NCBI GenBank assembly: GCA_965222375.1
Contig: CBDCTZ010000016.1
Span: forward strand, 960,001 to 1,024,000
Source of the DNA: Polyangiaceae bacterium
GTDB taxonomy: Bacteria > Myxococcota_A > Polyangia > Polyangiales > Polyangiaceae
Direction of reading: 5' to 3'
DNA: 64,000 nucleotides
In this document: positions 19,469 through 29,909 of the stretch, in pieces
Numbering within the stretch: the first letter of the stretch is position 1
How the letters are laid out: the number at the start of each line of letters is the position of its first letter
Notes under the pieces: generated by a model
What the model saw: only the letters and a program-made list of their open reading frames with translations
What the model was told of the DNA's origin: nothing
Database searches by the model: none
Translations under genes and position numbers: made by a program

Positions 19469-20397
19469 GGACACAGTGACAAGTGCTCCGTGATGAAAGG
19501 CGCGAGCGCTTGCTCTACGGCGGTTTCGAGATCATCTCGCTCGAAGACCTGGTCTGCGATCAGTTTGCGAACCACGACCAAGTAGTCCTTGCTCGCGGTC
19601 CGTGCGAGCTTCGCGGATTCCGACAGGCAGTTTTCGACCACGGACGCACTCGTGGGCTCATGGCAGTCCCGCCCGGAGCGGTAGATGGAGTCCTGGGTCG
19701 TGGTGTGACCCACGGTGTCGTCGTCGTCGTCGCTGTGGAACTCGATGTCCGGTGTGTTGAAACCTGGCGCCCGCGGAACGAAGGCTTTGACTTTCACCAC
19801 GCAGTGCGGGCGAGTCGGATGCAGAGGGTCTCGCCGGGCGTGGGCCTCGCTGTAGGCGTCTTGAATGAGGTGATGGGCCTTGCCCATCAGCGTCAGAGAC
19901 CAGGTCCGCTTCCGGATCCAGTTGCGCGTGGCCTCGACGGTGAGCCGACGGACTTCTTGTTGGGCCTCGGCGGCGGCTTCGGCACTCGAGTTCCGATCCG
20001 TGAGCAGAAAGTGAAGTTTTTGGTTCTTGTTCTGATCCGTGTGCTCCGTCAGCGCGCTGGCGTAGGCCAGAATGCCGTTGTTCATGTGAAACAGCATCTC
20101 CTTGGGCCAGTCGACGCGTCGGTTGCCTTCGGCGATAGCGCTGATCTCGGGTTTGGTGAAGCGGTCGTTGCTGGGGAGGTCTTCGTTGCTGAAGTAAGTC
20201 AGCCACTCGTGGCCCTGGAAGAAGCCAGCTCGGGTCAACATGCAGTCGCCTTTGGAGAAAAAATCGAAGCGCGCCTTCTTCGGCGTGCACAGGTCGAGAG
20301 GGTCCGCGCAGGTCAGGCACGTCGCCATCAGGCCGAGCGCACCCGCGGCGTGCAGCAGGCCCCGCCAGAGGCGGCTAGTACCGGGCCGTCGCGACAT
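19465..20397 (-). CDS. Exported protein with Zn-phospholipase C/HET-C-like motifs
   Basis: GHEWLT, GNRRVDW, LHF, GKAHHLIQDAYSEAH, H...D; N-terminal hydrophobic stretch with Cys. Confidence 0.6.
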   Translation of the reverse strand: MSRRPGTSRLWRGLLHAAGALGLMATCLTCADPLDLCTPKKARFDFFSKGDCMLTRAGFFQGHEWLTYFSNEDLPSNDRFTKPEISAIAEGNRRVDWPKEMLFHMNNGILAYASALTEHTDQNKNQKLHFLLTDRNSSAEAAAEAQQEVRRLTVEATRNWIRKRTWSLTLMGKAHHLIQDAYSEAHARRDPLHPTRPHCVVKVKAFVPRAPGFNTPDIEFHSDDDDDTVGHTTTQDSIYRSGRDCHEPTSASVVENCLSESAKLARTASKDYLVVVRKLIADQVFERDDLETAVEQALAPFITEHLSLCP

Positions 20398-20718
20398 GCC
20401 ACCCCGGTATCAGAGGCCGCAAGATCCGGCCAAAAGACTGACTCTTAGTGATCCGGGACGATCCTGGGCCCGGTTCGGGAATAGCTGCGGCGCCCCGTGG
20501 GTTTTCCCCACAAGCCACACAGGAGGTGATTGCCCACACAATCGAGTTTGCTCAGAGCCCGCCGCATGGCGTTTGGGCGCTGTGGTTCCTCCCGAGCCGC
20601 CCAAAAACCAGGTGCGCTGTCGTCCCCGCAACACGACCTGCGCGCTTCCATGGCGCTGCCGTCACGCGGCGGGCAATGGGCTTTTCTATGCCTTCATAGC
20701 AAGTGGCGAGTCCCGCCT

Positions 20719-21744
20719 TCAGCCGCCGATGTAGCTCATCTCCACTCGGGGAAGAGAGCGCACGTTACGCTGACTACGCTCCTGCGAGTAGCGGTCGCTT
20801 CTAGCCTGCCAATGCGTGCGCACGGCTGCCCCTAGGTCTTCGTCGGAACCACCCGCGCGCAAGAGGGCGCGCAAATCCAAGCCGACGTGGGAGTACAAGC
20901 AGGTGTAGAGCTTGCCGTCGGCGGAGAGGCGAAGGCGAGTGCAGTCGCCACAAAACGGCTGCGTCACGCTGGAAACGATGCCCACCTCGCCTTGGCCGTC
21001 GAGGTAGCGATAGCGCGAAGCAACCTCGCCTTTGTAGTCCGGCTCCATGGGCTCCAAGGGGAATTCCTTGGACAGGATTTCTCGGATCTCCCGGCTGCTC
21101 ACTACGTGGTCCATCTTCCAGCCGTTGGTCATGCCGACGTCCATGAACTCGATGAACCGCACCACGTGACCGGTGCCGCGAAAATGTCGTGCCAGGTCCA
21201 AGATTGCGTGCTCGTTCGACCCGCGCTTGATCACACAGTTGAGCTTCAGGGGCGTCAGCCCGGCCTCTGCGGCAGCGTCGATGCCGCGCAATACCTCGCG
21301 CACGCCGTATTCCGAATCCGTGATTTTCCGGAAGCTTGGCTCGTCCAACGCGTCCAAGCTGACGGTGACTCGGGTCAGCCCAGCTTCAGCGAGCGCCCCG
21401 GCAAACTGGGGCAGGCGCGACGCGTTGGTCGTCAGCGCGATGTCGCCACTGGTCGCGCCCCGAAGCATCCCGATCAACACAGGCAAGCCTCCGCGCAGCA
21501 ACGGCTCTCCGCCCGTGACTCGGATCTTCTCCAGGCCCAGCGGGGCCAACACCGATACCACCCGCGCAATTTCCTCGAAGCTGAGAAGCTCCGTGCGGGG
21601 AATGAACTTGAACTCCTTTGCGAAGTGCTCACGCGGCATGCAGTAGCGACAACGGAAGTTGCAGCGGTCTGTGACCGAGAGCCTCAGGTCGCGGAAAGGC
21701 CGGCCGAGGGTGTCCTCGGGTTGCGGGCTGGGCGCGTCGACCAT
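20719..21744 (-). CDS. moaA: GTP 3',8-cyclase
   Basis: LRLSVTDRCNFRCRYCMP, FCGDCTRLRLSADGKLYTCL, C-terminal MSYIGG. Confidence 0.97.
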   Translation of the reverse strand: MVDAPSPQPEDTLGRPFRDLRLSVTDRCNFRCRYCMPREHFAKEFKFIPRTELLSFEEIARVVSVLAPLGLEKIRVTGGEPLLRGGLPVLIGMLRGATSGDIALTTNASRLPQFAGALAEAGLTRVTVSLDALDEPSFRKITDSEYGVREVLRGIDAAAEAGLTPLKLNCVIKRGSNEHAILDLARHFRGTGHVVRFIEFMDVGMTNGWKMDHVVSSREIREILSKEFPLEPMEPDYKGEVASRYRYLDGQGEVGIVSSVTQPFCGDCTRLRLSADGKLYTCLYSHVGLDLRALLRAGGSDEDLGAAVRTHWQARSDRYSQERSQRNVRSLPRVEMSYIGG

Positions 21745-21778
21745 CGCCTGGGGATATAGCAGCGGTTGGGGGAAAACG

Positions 21779-23137
21779 TCAGTCCAGCCCCACGCGAGCG
21801 GTGCCACGCACGCGCAATACTGCGGAAATTCCCCGGGCTTCGGCCACGACCTCGCCTATCTCCGCGGGCTCGATGCTGAGATCCAGCTTGACGTTCTTCG
21901 GCAGATCGCCCACGGCGGACTCGACGGCTCGGGTGAGCCCACGGGATGCCGCCGAGGTATCGACCGCCACAGGCACTTCCGCCAGGCGCTCGATTCGCTC
22001 CAGCACCGGGCGCAGCTCCCTGAGCGAGGCGCCAAGGCCGTGCAGGGAGCGCAAGCGAATGCGCCCGCGCTCATCGTCGAAGAAGGGCTCAGCCACCAAG
22101 CTGGCTTCCCCGCACACGCTGCCGTCAACGGTCACGTCTAGCCGGACCCGGGGCGCACCTTCAAAGAAGTGGCCGCTTGCCGCCACCTTCAACACCGAAA
22201 CTTTCCCCGCCGAACCCCGGACCGAGCGGGTCAGTTCGGCCGACACGTCCTCCCATCCGAGCCGCAGCGGGACTCGAAGCTCGCTTCCCGATGGCAGCTT
22301 CTTGTCGAGGCGCCGTGTGGGTAGTGGCGAGGGCGCGACTACGCTCTCGCCATCCGAACAAGGCTCCTCGAAGGAGGCACGAGCCATCGCGGCCAAGCGC
22401 ATGGAGACGACGCCGCCTTCCTGCCGCGGCGGTGATTGAGACAGGGCCTCGGGTTCTATCTTGAGACACGTATTGCGGCTCAAGGCCACGGGCACATGCA
22501 GCAGCTGCCACGCGCCGTTGACGTAGGGTTGGAAGGGCGGCACGGCGGCATTGATTTGGCGTTCGATGCCGCCGATTTGGCGCCGGGCGATTTTGCGGAT
22601 CTCGGGACCGGCATTGAAGCCAGCGATGATGCAGCTCCGCGTCAGGGCGACGGAGGCGCGGGCGCGTCCCAGGTTGTAGTTGTCGCCGAGCACCAGCGGG
22701 ACCGTCGCGTGGGCCGCCAGCCGCGGGTTGCAGCTGCCGTAGCGAATGCAAACCGGGCCCAGGGGTTTGCAAACTTCGACTTGGGCCGCGACGGGCACCG
22801 TGGCCACGAGCTTCTCGCCTTTCAATTCGATGGCGATGGGCCCCCGGGTCACCACGTAGCTGACGTCTCCGATGGCCCCGGAAGGCCGTCGTCGAACCTT
22901 GGCCAGCGTGCGCGGAACGCGTTTCTGGATCTCCCGGGACAGCGCGCTCGTGCGGGCGCGTGCCTCCACGACTAGCCGCGAGGACGGGGCTAGCGTGTCC
23001 GGCGGCGCGCTGCCCAGCGGCGCCTTTTCGGTCCGGACTTCACAATGCCCACCAGTTTCGCCCGGAGCCGCGCCCTTGGTTGGTGTACACGCGGCCACCG
23101 CTGCGACCGCCACTGCCAGGGCGAAGTGACGTTTCAT
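21779..23137 (-). CDS. DUF4403-like lipoprotein
   Basis: Lipobox VAAC; long beta-rich body resembling DUF4403. Confidence 0.6.
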   Translation of the reverse strand: MKRHFALAVAVAAVAACTPTKGAAPGETGGHCEVRTEKAPLGSAPPDTLAPSSRLVVEARARTSALSREIQKRVPRTLAKVRRRPSGAIGDVSYVVTRGPIAIELKGEKLVATVPVAAQVEVCKPLGPVCIRYGSCNPRLAAHATVPLVLGDNYNLGRARASVALTRSCIIAGFNAGPEIRKIARRQIGGIERQINAAVPPFQPYVNGAWQLLHVPVALSRNTCLKIEPEALSQSPPRQEGGVVSMRLAAMARASFEEPCSDGESVVAPSPLPTRRLDKKLPSGSELRVPLRLGWEDVSAELTRSVRGSAGKVSVLKVAASGHFFEGAPRVRLDVTVDGSVCGEASLVAEPFFDDERGRIRLRSLHGLGASLRELRPVLERIERLAEVPVAVDTSAASRGLTRAVESAVGDLPKNVKLDLSIEPAEIGEVVAEARGISAVLRVRGTARVGLD

Positions 23138-23191
23138 CCTCGCTAAGCATGACAAACACGCGCCGGAATGAAAGCGCTTTGACCCGGATGG

Positions 23192-23234
23192 AAAAAAGAA
23201 GGCCGCGAGGGCGGGTGCTCTCGCGGCCTTCTTC
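23192..23234 (-). terminator. Rho-independent terminator
   Basis: GC stem AAGAAGGCCGCGAG/CTCGCGGCCTTCTT followed by a T-run on the minus strand, just after the 23251 stop. Confidence 0.8.
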
Positions 23235-23250
23235 TAGGTGCCGATGCGTA

Positions 23251-24774
23251 TCAGGGCGTCGGCGTGGCGCGGAAGTGCATGCCGCAGCGATAGAAGCTGC
23301 TGCTGGTATCCGTCGCCTGGCTGGCCGCGGTCAGCTTGACGATGAGCTTGGTCTTGCCCGTCGGGACCTTGATGTCCTGGATCAGCAAGTCCGTGTCCAC
23401 CGTCTCCGTCCCCGTGGCGGCCGGAATTGCGGCACCGGTGTCGTCGAGCAACTCGGCTTTGAAGCCCCGCAGACCCGAGCCCGAGCGCTGCGCACCGCAA
23501 GCGACCGAGATCTGATCGGCGTTGGTCGCTGGAACCGCCAGCGAGAAGTGGTCGACGTCCGACGCTCCGAGGTCACCTTCGACGAAGAAGCTGCCCGCCT
23601 GGGTTGCGGCCTCGGTCAAGGCCTCCGCCGTGGCGAGGGTGTTGTTGGGCGTCTCCTGCGTCTCGACCGGGTTGCCGTCGCCCACTCCGGAGAAGCCAAA
23701 GTAGAAGTCGGCGGTGCCGGTCGGTGTGGCGGCCCGCTTATAGAAGATCACGTATTCCGTACCGATGGTGATCGGCACGCTGAAGTCGCCACCCTTACCG
23801 ACATCCGTCCGTGCGATGATATCGGCGGGAGCTGCCTTGGTGGCGAGCAGGACCTCTCCGGCGCTGGTTGTGGAACCATTGCCATCAACGCCGGCTGGCT
23901 GGGGGTAGAAGTTGGCGTTTGCCCGAGCGCCAGCGTTGATCAAAAGGTCAGCCGGTACGGTGAAGCTGAAGGTGTCCACGTCCGAGGCCGAGCTGAAGTC
24001 GCCATGCACCGTGGACAGGAAGTAGTTGCCTGCCGCCGCATTGGTGTTCGGTGCAAAAGTGATCGGGTTTGCCGCGGTGGCGTCCTCGTTGGGCTCGGTT
24101 TCCTTGACGGAGCCGGTGCTCGAGAAGTCTATCTCGCTGATGTAGATGGCGTAGTTCTTGTTCACGACGCCGGCCGCATCCGCACAGTTCGCCGCGCCGC
24201 CCTTTTCCCAGGCATTGCACTCGATCACGCGGACGAAGTACTTGCCCGCGGTGGGCAGCACGGTCATCAGGAACGGGTCGTTGCTGTTTCTGGGTACCGG
24301 GTCGTCCATCTCGGCGATCTTCGTGCCGTTCGCGTCGTAGAGTTCGATCACGAGGTCGGCGTAGGTCGGGTCGAAGGGGTCGGTGCCGGTCTTGGCGCTG
24401 GTCAGAATCGAGATGACCTGCCCGGCTGTGCCCGTAAACTCGTACCAATCTTGATCCGTGGCGACGGGGTCCATGGCGCCTTGGACCGAGTCCGTGGCCG
24501 GGTCCGTGCCGATCTTGATCGGATCCGCTTCCGCGCGGGTGTCGTTGCCGTCGGAGCCGCCGGTGCCGCCAGAGCCACCGGTGCCGCCCGTTAGACCGCT
24601 GCCGCCGGTACCACCGGTCAGGCCCGTTCCGCCAGTTGCGCCAAAGCCGCCCACGCCGCCGACACCGCCGCCGCCCGTGCCGCCACCGCCGCCGCCGTCA
24701 TCACTCGAGCAGGCGGGCAGCAACATTCCAGCAGCACCTAGGGCTGCGCATACCGACAAGTTCAACCACTTCAT
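23251..24774 (-). CDS. Lipoprotein with PPC-like beta-sandwich repeats
   Basis: Lipobox LPAC, Gly/Thr linker, repeated E-x-EPN...DVDxF motifs. Confidence 0.82.
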   Translation of the reverse strand: MKWLNLSVCAALGAAGMLLPACSSDDGGGGGGTGGGGVGGVGGFGATGGTGLTGGTGGSGLTGGTGGSGGTGGSDGNDTRAEADPIKIGTDPATDSVQGAMDPVATDQDWYEFTGTAGQVISILTSAKTGTDPFDPTYADLVIELYDANGTKIAEMDDPVPRNSNDPFLMTVLPTAGKYFVRVIECNAWEKGGAANCADAAGVVNKNYAIYISEIDFSSTGSVKETEPNEDATAANPITFAPNTNAAAGNYFLSTVHGDFSSASDVDTFSFTVPADLLINAGARANANFYPQPAGVDGNGSTTSAGEVLLATKAAPADIIARTDVGKGGDFSVPITIGTEYVIFYKRAATPTGTADFYFGFSGVGDGNPVETQETPNNTLATAEALTEAATQAGSFFVEGDLGASDVDHFSLAVPATNADQISVACGAQRSGSGLRGFKAELLDDTGAAIPAATGTETVDTDLLIQDIKVPTGKTKLIVKLTAASQATDTSSSFYRCGMHFRATPTP

Positions 24775-24996
24775 CGTTTGATTCTCCTAAACGTTAAGGC
24801 TGGGAGCGCGAGGCGTTCCCATATGGCTCCCCCTGAAACCCGGCGGAGCAAAAACCGGTGTGGGGCTGCTGTCTAGCGGGAAAATCGCCGGACGCAAGCA
24901 GCTTGGCCCATTCACCCGGGATCTCACGGCTTCGATGGCCGTCCTTTCCGCCGCCAGCAGAACCTCTCGGTTCCGTGATAAAGCCTGGAGCGCAGC

Positions 24997-26595
24997 ATGG
25001 CTAAGAGTTGGCAGACGGTGCGGACTTCCCCACCAGCGCGCAGCCGAGCCGATCTGCTGCTCGGCGCCTGCGTGGTGGCCGTCGCCATCTACGTCATTGG
25101 CTACCCCCTGATGGTGGTGCGCTATCCACCGATCACGGACCTGCCCTTCCACGCCAGTGGCATGAGCATTTTTCGGCACTACTGGGACCCGGCCTTCGGT
25201 TTCCGGGAACAGTTCTCACTTCACCTGCTGGAAGTGCCCTACGTGTCTATGTACGTGCTCGGCGCGCTCTTCGCTCTGGTCATGCCCATGCATGTTGCCG
25301 TGAAGGCTGCGGCCTTCGTCATGCTCGCACTGTTGCCTGCGGGGCTCGCCGTGTTGTTTCACGGCATGCGCAAGACGCCACTCTGGGGAGTCTTGGGGCT
25401 CGCCGCGGTCTGGACGAACCTGAGCCACTGGGGCTTTCTGAATTTCATGGGGGCCTTGGGGCTCTACGCCATGACGGTCGGGTTTGCGCTGCTGGCGGTT
25501 GACAGACCCAGTCGTCGGCACAGCATCGGTTTGGCGATCTCATTGCTGGCCGTCTTCTTCACTCACATCTATCGTTTTCCCTTCGCCGTGCTCTCCGTCG
25601 TCGGCGTGGGCGTGCTGCTGTATCCGGCGACGCGCCGCTTCCGTCCTTTGCTGTTGCCCCTACTTCCTGGCCTAGCGGTGTTCGGGATCTGGCGCTGGAT
25701 CCGCCCCGAGTCCATTGCCGAGCAGGGGATGACGTTTTCTCTGCAGGACAGCCGCTTGCAAGAAGTTCGACAGCACGTGGTGGCCGGGTTCATCGGCGCG
25801 GAGGGTCTGGAGGAGCAGCGCCTATTCGACGACATCTTGTCCGCACTTCTAGTCGTCGTCGCTTGCACGCTCTTCTGGCGTATCTTCATTCGCGACAAGC
25901 GCACTGCCCACCCGCGGCCCATCACCTTCCACACCGCGATCTTCCTGCTGCCGTTGTGCCTCTCGGCGGGCTTTACCTTCGCCTACTTGGTGTTGCCCAT
26001 GCGGATTGGGATCTGGTGGTACGTCTACCCTCGAGAGGCAACCAGCGCGCTGCTGATGTTGCTAGCTCTGGTGCCTGACATGCCGCGGGTCTGGTACCTA
26101 CGGGCGGCCACTTTGACGGTGATGGGCTGGTCCCTGGGCAAAGTCGGCTTCTTCGTCGCCGAGCAGTACTACGCCTACGAGCAAGCGACGGCCGACTTCC
26201 GAGCCGTGTCCGCGGCTGTGCCACAGCGTCCGAAGCTGATGTACCTGGTCTTCGACCACGCCGGCTCGTCCCGCCGCATCACGCCTTTCATTCACATGCC
26301 GGCGTGGGTTCAGGCGGAGAAGGGCGGCGCACTCTCCTTTCACTTCAGCGGTTGGGAACAGAGTCCCATTCGCTACCGCAAGGACAGCCCTGCCGTGCCG
26401 CCCCCGGTGCCCGACCGCTGGGAATGGACGCCTTTGCGCTTCCAACTCGCACGGCACGGAGCGTTCTTCGACACCTTCCTGGTTCGGAGCACTGCCGATC
26501 CCGGGTACCTCTTCCGGGCTGACGCGAGCATTCGCCGGATCGCCCACGAAGACACCTGGTGGTTGTATCAGCGCGAGGCCAAGCCGCAGCCGTAG
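24997..26595 (+). CDS. Polytopic membrane protein (GT-C glycosyltransferase-like)
   Basis: PITDLPFH in the first loop, many hydrophobic segments, soluble C-terminal domain. Confidence 0.7.
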   Translation: MAKSWQTVRTSPPARSRADLLLGACVVAVAIYVIGYPLMVVRYPPITDLPFHASGMSIFRHYWDPAFGFREQFSLHLLEVPYVSMYVLGALFALVMPMHVAVKAAAFVMLALLPAGLAVLFHGMRKTPLWGVLGLAAVWTNLSHWGFLNFMGALGLYAMTVGFALLAVDRPSRRHSIGLAISLLAVFFTHIYRFPFAVLSVVGVGVLLYPATRRFRPLLLPLLPGLAVFGIWRWIRPESIAEQGMTFSLQDSRLQEVRQHVVAGFIGAEGLEEQRLFDDILSALLVVVACTLFWRIFIRDKRTAHPRPITFHTAIFLLPLCLSAGFTFAYLVLPMRIGIWWYVYPREATSALLMLLALVPDMPRVWYLRAATLTVMGWSLGKVGFFVAEQYYAYEQATADFRAVSAAVPQRPKLMYLVFDHAGSSRRITPFIHMPAWVQAEKGGALSFHFSGWEQSPIRYRKDSPAVPPPVPDRWEWTPLRFQLARHGAFFDTFLVRSTADPGYLFRADASIRRIAHEDTWWLYQREAKPQP

Positions 26596-26694
26596 TTCGC
26601 GTCGGAGCTGTGCTTGCCTGCGTCGCTTTTGTGCTCGAAGTACAACATGCGCCGCGAGCCCCAGCCCTGGAAGCCGTGGCGCCAATAGTCGCCC
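25191..26694. repeat. Left copy of imperfect direct repeat flanking the island
   Basis: 25191-25710 aligns with 38381-38900; 26554-26694 aligns with 38901-39041. Confidence 0.9.
26568..26694 (-). pseudogene. 3' fragment of the 38915-40501 membrane protein gene
   Basis: Encodes [20 protein letters not shown]...YGCGLASR* with no upstream part. Confidence 0.85.
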
Positions 26695-26726
26695 GGAGGC
26701 CGCGGTGCGCAGCGGTGGCGGCGGCG

Positions 26727-26863
26727 GCGCGTAGGACAATCGAACTGCGAAAACGCTGGTGCGGACGGTTAACCAAGCCGATCGCCAGCGACGGAAGTAC
26801 CCTGCGCAGCGGCAGAGTAACAACCTGCAAGGGCGGGCTCATCCAGGCAGAGTTGTGGCGGCT
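26727..26863 (-). mobile_element. IS91/ISCR-type remnant: oriIS-like end fused to a short transposase fragment
   Basis: 26727-26783 repeats 30587-30643 with 3 mismatches; 26783-26863 repeats 31484-31564. Confidence 0.75.
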
Positions 26864-27039
26864 GCGAGTGGTGGTGGCACCGCGTACTGGGTCGGGAACA
26901 GACCCTACGAAGCCGGATCAGGAGGGCTCGTGGAGCCGCCGGCATCGGTGTTCGACGATCATCCCGCACTGTGCGGCCCGTAGGCGGCGAGGCGCGCTGA
27001 CCCCGTACCGAGAGCACGGGCAGACGCGCAGCACGGTAG

Positions 27040-28215
27040 ATGCCCCCGGGCTCGCTTGAAGGGTTGCGCACCGTGGCGTACCACCGCGGCGCCGTGGCCC
27101 CGTTCACCATCCTGCACATCTCCGATCTGCACTTCACCGCGAAGGGCCGGCCGGAGCGAGTGAATCAAAAAGCGGGGCCGAAGGAAGCGGTCGGCGGTGA
27201 CGAAGGCACCACCTTCCTCGATCGTTTCAAGAGCAAGGTCCTCTCGAACACTTCCCGCGACTTCTGGCCGAACGCCGTCATCGTGTCGGGAGACCTGGTC
27301 GACCGTGGGGGGACCGACGTCGGAGAGGGATCGAGTGAGTTCGGCCAGGCGGTGACGTTTCTGAAAGACCTGGCCAAGGTGCTCGGCATCAACGACGAGC
27401 TCGTGCTCGTGGTGCCCGGAAACCACGACGTGAACTGGAGCGCGAACCTCCAGCAGGGAGCTCGGTTCAAGAACTACATCGACGCGGTGAGCGCGCCCTT
27501 CACCACACCCATCGTCGACGAGTCCGGGAAACCGCATCTCGGGAAATACGAAGCAAAGGACGTTCCGACCGCGGTGGCCGCGCCGAGCCTCTTCGAGGGA
27601 AAGAACCCCGGCTTCGCCCTCATCGACATCTTCGGATCGGACGGCGCCTCGTACGTACGGACCCGAACGTACTCGACCCAGTGCGACGAGCGGCAGGTCA
27701 CCAGCCTGGTCCGTGAGGGCCGCGTCTTGCCTCAGGTCGAGGGGCTGTGCGCTCGGATCGGGCCCGAGGAGCAGCAGAACCACCTGGCACCTGTGCTGGG
27801 CGATCTGGCCAAGGCGTTCGAGTGGCGCCGCGGACACTTTGCCAGCCAGCTCTTCGACGAGGTGCTCGCAGAGGTCGGGCGAGACATCGAGCGGCTGGCC
27901 GACCGTCAGCTCCTGTTTCGAGGTCGCGCGCTCCATGGCAAGTGGGCCGTGCTCATCGGCTTGGCCTGCGAAGCGGGCAAGCCAGAGGTTCGGCTGGCCA
28001 GCGAGAGCGACATTTCGTACTGGCAGCAAGCCGCCGTCGAAGACTCGGACCCCTGGAAGTACGAAGAGTCCCTGCGCAAGCTCTCCGGCAAGAAGCACAG
28101 AATTCTGGTCCTGCGCGCCGCGGATCTCAGAAGCGAGGCCGACATCGAGACCGCCGCGGCGGCGCTCCAGCGGATGACGAACGACGGATTCGAGGTCTCC
28201 GTCCCGCTCGGTTGA
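27040..28215 (+). pseudogene. Calcineurin-like metallophosphoesterase fusion, apparently internally deleted
   Basis: HISDLH, SGDLVDRG and PGNHD present; downstream H and GHxH motifs absent before the APSL...GFALID end segment. Confidence 0.6.
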
Positions 28216-28880
28216 CCGGGGCCGAGGCGCCACGCCAATCACCGACTCGTTGACCGGCCGACTGACGGCCACGTCCGGACCCGTGAGCAGCAGCGTGACG
28301 GGAATGAGCGCCGCCGTGTTGCGCTGCGCGGCCGGCTGGGACGAGCGAACGACGGACGCCGAGGGCCGTGCGACCACCGGCGGCGCCGCCTCGGCACGGT
28401 CGTTCAGGGTCGCATCGCCGCCATCGCCCTCGGGGTGAGGGTGGTGTTTGTTGTGTTGGTGCTTGGGTCGATGGTGGCGGCGATGGTTGGGGATTGAGGG
28501 GGGGGGCTCGCCAGATCGGTCGCGTTGCTCCGCGCACTCAGAAATCGGTCGTTTGAGCGAGTATTTTGGACGATCGAATTTGCTTCCATATGGAAACAAC
28601 TCGACCGCTGAACGTTTGTTGTCACCCCGATGGACGACACGCACGCGTTCAGTCCTCACGTTACGTCTCGGTACGTTGGGCCGCGCGGGCGAACCGTGGG
28701 CCTGAGACGACGGAGGCTCGCGAGCAGGAGCGTCTCGACTCTCTGACGCGTTGAGAGATCTCCCGAGGCAGCTTCGGAAGAGCCAGCCGAAGCCGCGGCC
28801 CCAAACCCCGCGACGTGATGGTCTCGGGCGTCCGAGTCCGATCGATCTTCGCCTCGGATCACAGCCCCGAGGCGGAGATC

Positions 28881-29290
28881 ATGAAACAAATGCTCAAACA
28901 AGTACGGCGAGCATCCATAGGGTGCGCCGGGACGCGCTCGGCGGCAAGAGGGGTCGGGGACATCGCTACCAGGCGCTCGGTCGCCGAGTCCGACGGGCGG
29001 ATCCCACACGGATTCACCCAGGCGGGCCGGACCCGTCGCTAACCGGGTTCGCCGGCTTGGTCGACTTCGCCGTGTTCGCCCGCCAGCAAGGCCTCGACCG
29101 CGAGTTGTCGCGCCGCTTCTCCGCGTTGAAGCCGGTGCCTCGGGTGGTCTACCCGATGGGCAGCCAGCTGCGGCTGCTCGTCGATGCCAACGTCACCAGC
29201 GAGACTCGCATCTTCGGACTCGAAGCGCTCAGCGCCGACCCGCTGATGGCGCATCTGGCGGACGGGTTTCTACCGAGCCTCGACACGGTG
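28881..29290 (+). pseudogene. IS1380-like transposase N-terminal fragment
   Basis: SLTGFAGLVDF...GLDREL...LEALSADP...LPSLDTV, truncated; boundaries approximate. Confidence 0.6.
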
Positions 29291-29458
29291 TCAGGGACAG
29301 TGCGGCGACGCACAGCCCGGCAAGAGTCGATAGGTGCATCGTCGCCCGCCGAGCAAGGCCCGCGCCAACGCGATTTCAGCCCTGGAGTGGTCCAACGGCG
29401 CCGGCCGTTAGCCGGGTAACGCGACCGCGTGCCGCCCCCGACGGTCCGCTGAGGCTGG

Positions 29459-29704
29459 CTAGTTCGGTGGTGGAACAAAAGCGACGCCGGTCTTTTCACC
29501 TTGATTGAAGTACGCCGCCGTGCCGCCGCCAGGGATTCCCGCTTGCAGCGTGTACTCGCCTGCGAGTTTTTGCCACACGACCCCTGCTGTGCCACTGCGG
29601 CAGTCGCCGTTAGCGGCGCTTCCACCACCGTCGTCCCCGCCGGAGCAGCTCACCGATCCAAGTGCGCCGAGGAAAGTAATGTAGATCCAAGCCCTGTTCG
29701 TCAT
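29459..29704 (-). pseudogene. Probable truncated lipoprotein
   Basis: MTNRAWIYITFLGALGSVSC plus Gly linker; ends after about 81 aa. Confidence 0.45.
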
Positions 29705-29909
29705 ATCGAGTCGTACCGGTCGTGGCGGCCCGATGTTCCTGATCTCGAGGCTCGCGCGCCTCCTCAGGCCAAGTAGTCGAAACCGCACACGGTTCCTGCG
29801 CGAAGCGGGTCCGAGCTCGCGGGCGCCTCGCGGCTTCCGATGGGCGGCCCTGGAGGCACTGTACGTGCCACTCAAGCAGCACCCCGCGATGGGCTAGACT
29901 CCGACGCAC

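Noticed and set aside
20398..20718. Hairpin (CCGTGGGTTTTCCCCAC) between moaA and the five-gene operon, considered as a Moco riboswitch or tRNA
   Set aside because: It lies downstream of moaA rather than in its leader, and no cloverleaf or known consensus is visible.
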